DNA of 64,000 nucleotides from Clostridia bacterium (lineage in GTDB: Bacteria; Bacillota; Clostridia; Christensenellales; Aristaeellaceae): NCBI GenBank assembly GCA_017484085.1, contig JAFUTW010000029.1:192-64191 (forward strand). Reading direction: 5' to 3'. Positions 63,846-64,000 of this stretch are shown here, in pieces. A program made the translations under genes and the position numbers. Each line of letters begins with the position of its first letter. The stretch's first letter is position 1. Below the pieces are notes generated by a model that was not told the DNA's origin, searched no databases, and worked only from the letters and a program-made list of their open reading frames with translations.

Positions 63846-64000
63846 TTGGAACAGATACTGAAAGATTACTCCTGGGATTTAGGCGAATACACGCTGCGGG
63901 CGTCCCAATCAGGACGAGGCAGGCTGACGTTGTATGACGCGCGAAATGCGTATCGGCTGAACCCGGAGCCGCCTGCTTCGCCGGAAGGCAAAAAGGATCA
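63846..64000 (+). CDS. Hypothetical protein, 5' part only (runs off the right edge)
   Basis: TTG start 7 nt after GGAGG. LEQILKDYSWDLGEYTLRASQSGRGRLTLYDARNAYRL... The frame is open to the window end. Confidence 0.3.
   Translation, partial: MEQILKDYSWDLGEYTLRASQSGRGRLTLYDARNAYRLNPEPPASPEGKKD

Larger units (their letters stand above)
57700..64000. mobile_element. Left part of an integrative mobilizable/conjugative element, continuing beyond the window
   Basis: A terminal large serine recombinase reading outward, then TnpW-like, Cys-rich VLP, MobA/MobL relaxase, a candidate oriT and DUF3847-like. GC visibly drops: 32 G/C in the line at 58021 against 41 G/C in the line at 57301. The left boundary is only approximate, somewhere in 57668..57770. 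Confidence 0.8.

Overview
High-GC Firmicutes/Clostridia-type chromosomal segment; an Oscillospiraceae-like gut anaerobe is my inference from protein content and composition, not a database result. Most of the window is housekeeping or transport. It holds pckA (left edge), two complete peptide (Opp/Dpp-type) ABC operons, a MATE pump, serA-serC, tRNA-Arg(ACG), a decayed sugar ABC locus, hprK plus a ROK glucokinase, a secreted FMN-bind/FAD reductase, a polar amino-acid ABC operon ending in a DapF-superfamily racemase, and an FbpABC-like ABC system. Three parts look accessory. (1) At 14.9-18.3 kb, an MFS gene is truncated by the last ~46 codons of a tyrosine integrase, followed by TGGAACA repeats, tRNA-Arg and a small lower-GC islet. 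(2) At 35.9-46.4 kb, an extremely AT-rich repeat-bearing spacer opens a block of signal-peptide proteins of unknown function. Four of them share a ~90-aa module. The block also contains an unusual two-gene sensor (a 7TM protein with a kinase-less DHp-like tail, plus a soluble HisKA_3 kinase) with a NarL/LuxR regulator, and a ~160-nt terminator+leader module present twice. This block is my best candidate for an undescribed system. (3) From ~57.7 kb to the right edge, a lower-GC integrative mobilizable element begins: large serine recombinase, TnpW-like, Cys-rich VLP, MobA/MobL relaxase, a candidate MobQ-type oriT, DUF3847-like and others. No CRISPR array, rRNA or recognisable defence or toxin-antitoxin genes were seen. 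All family names come from my reading of the translated ORFs and recalled motifs; no searches were run.
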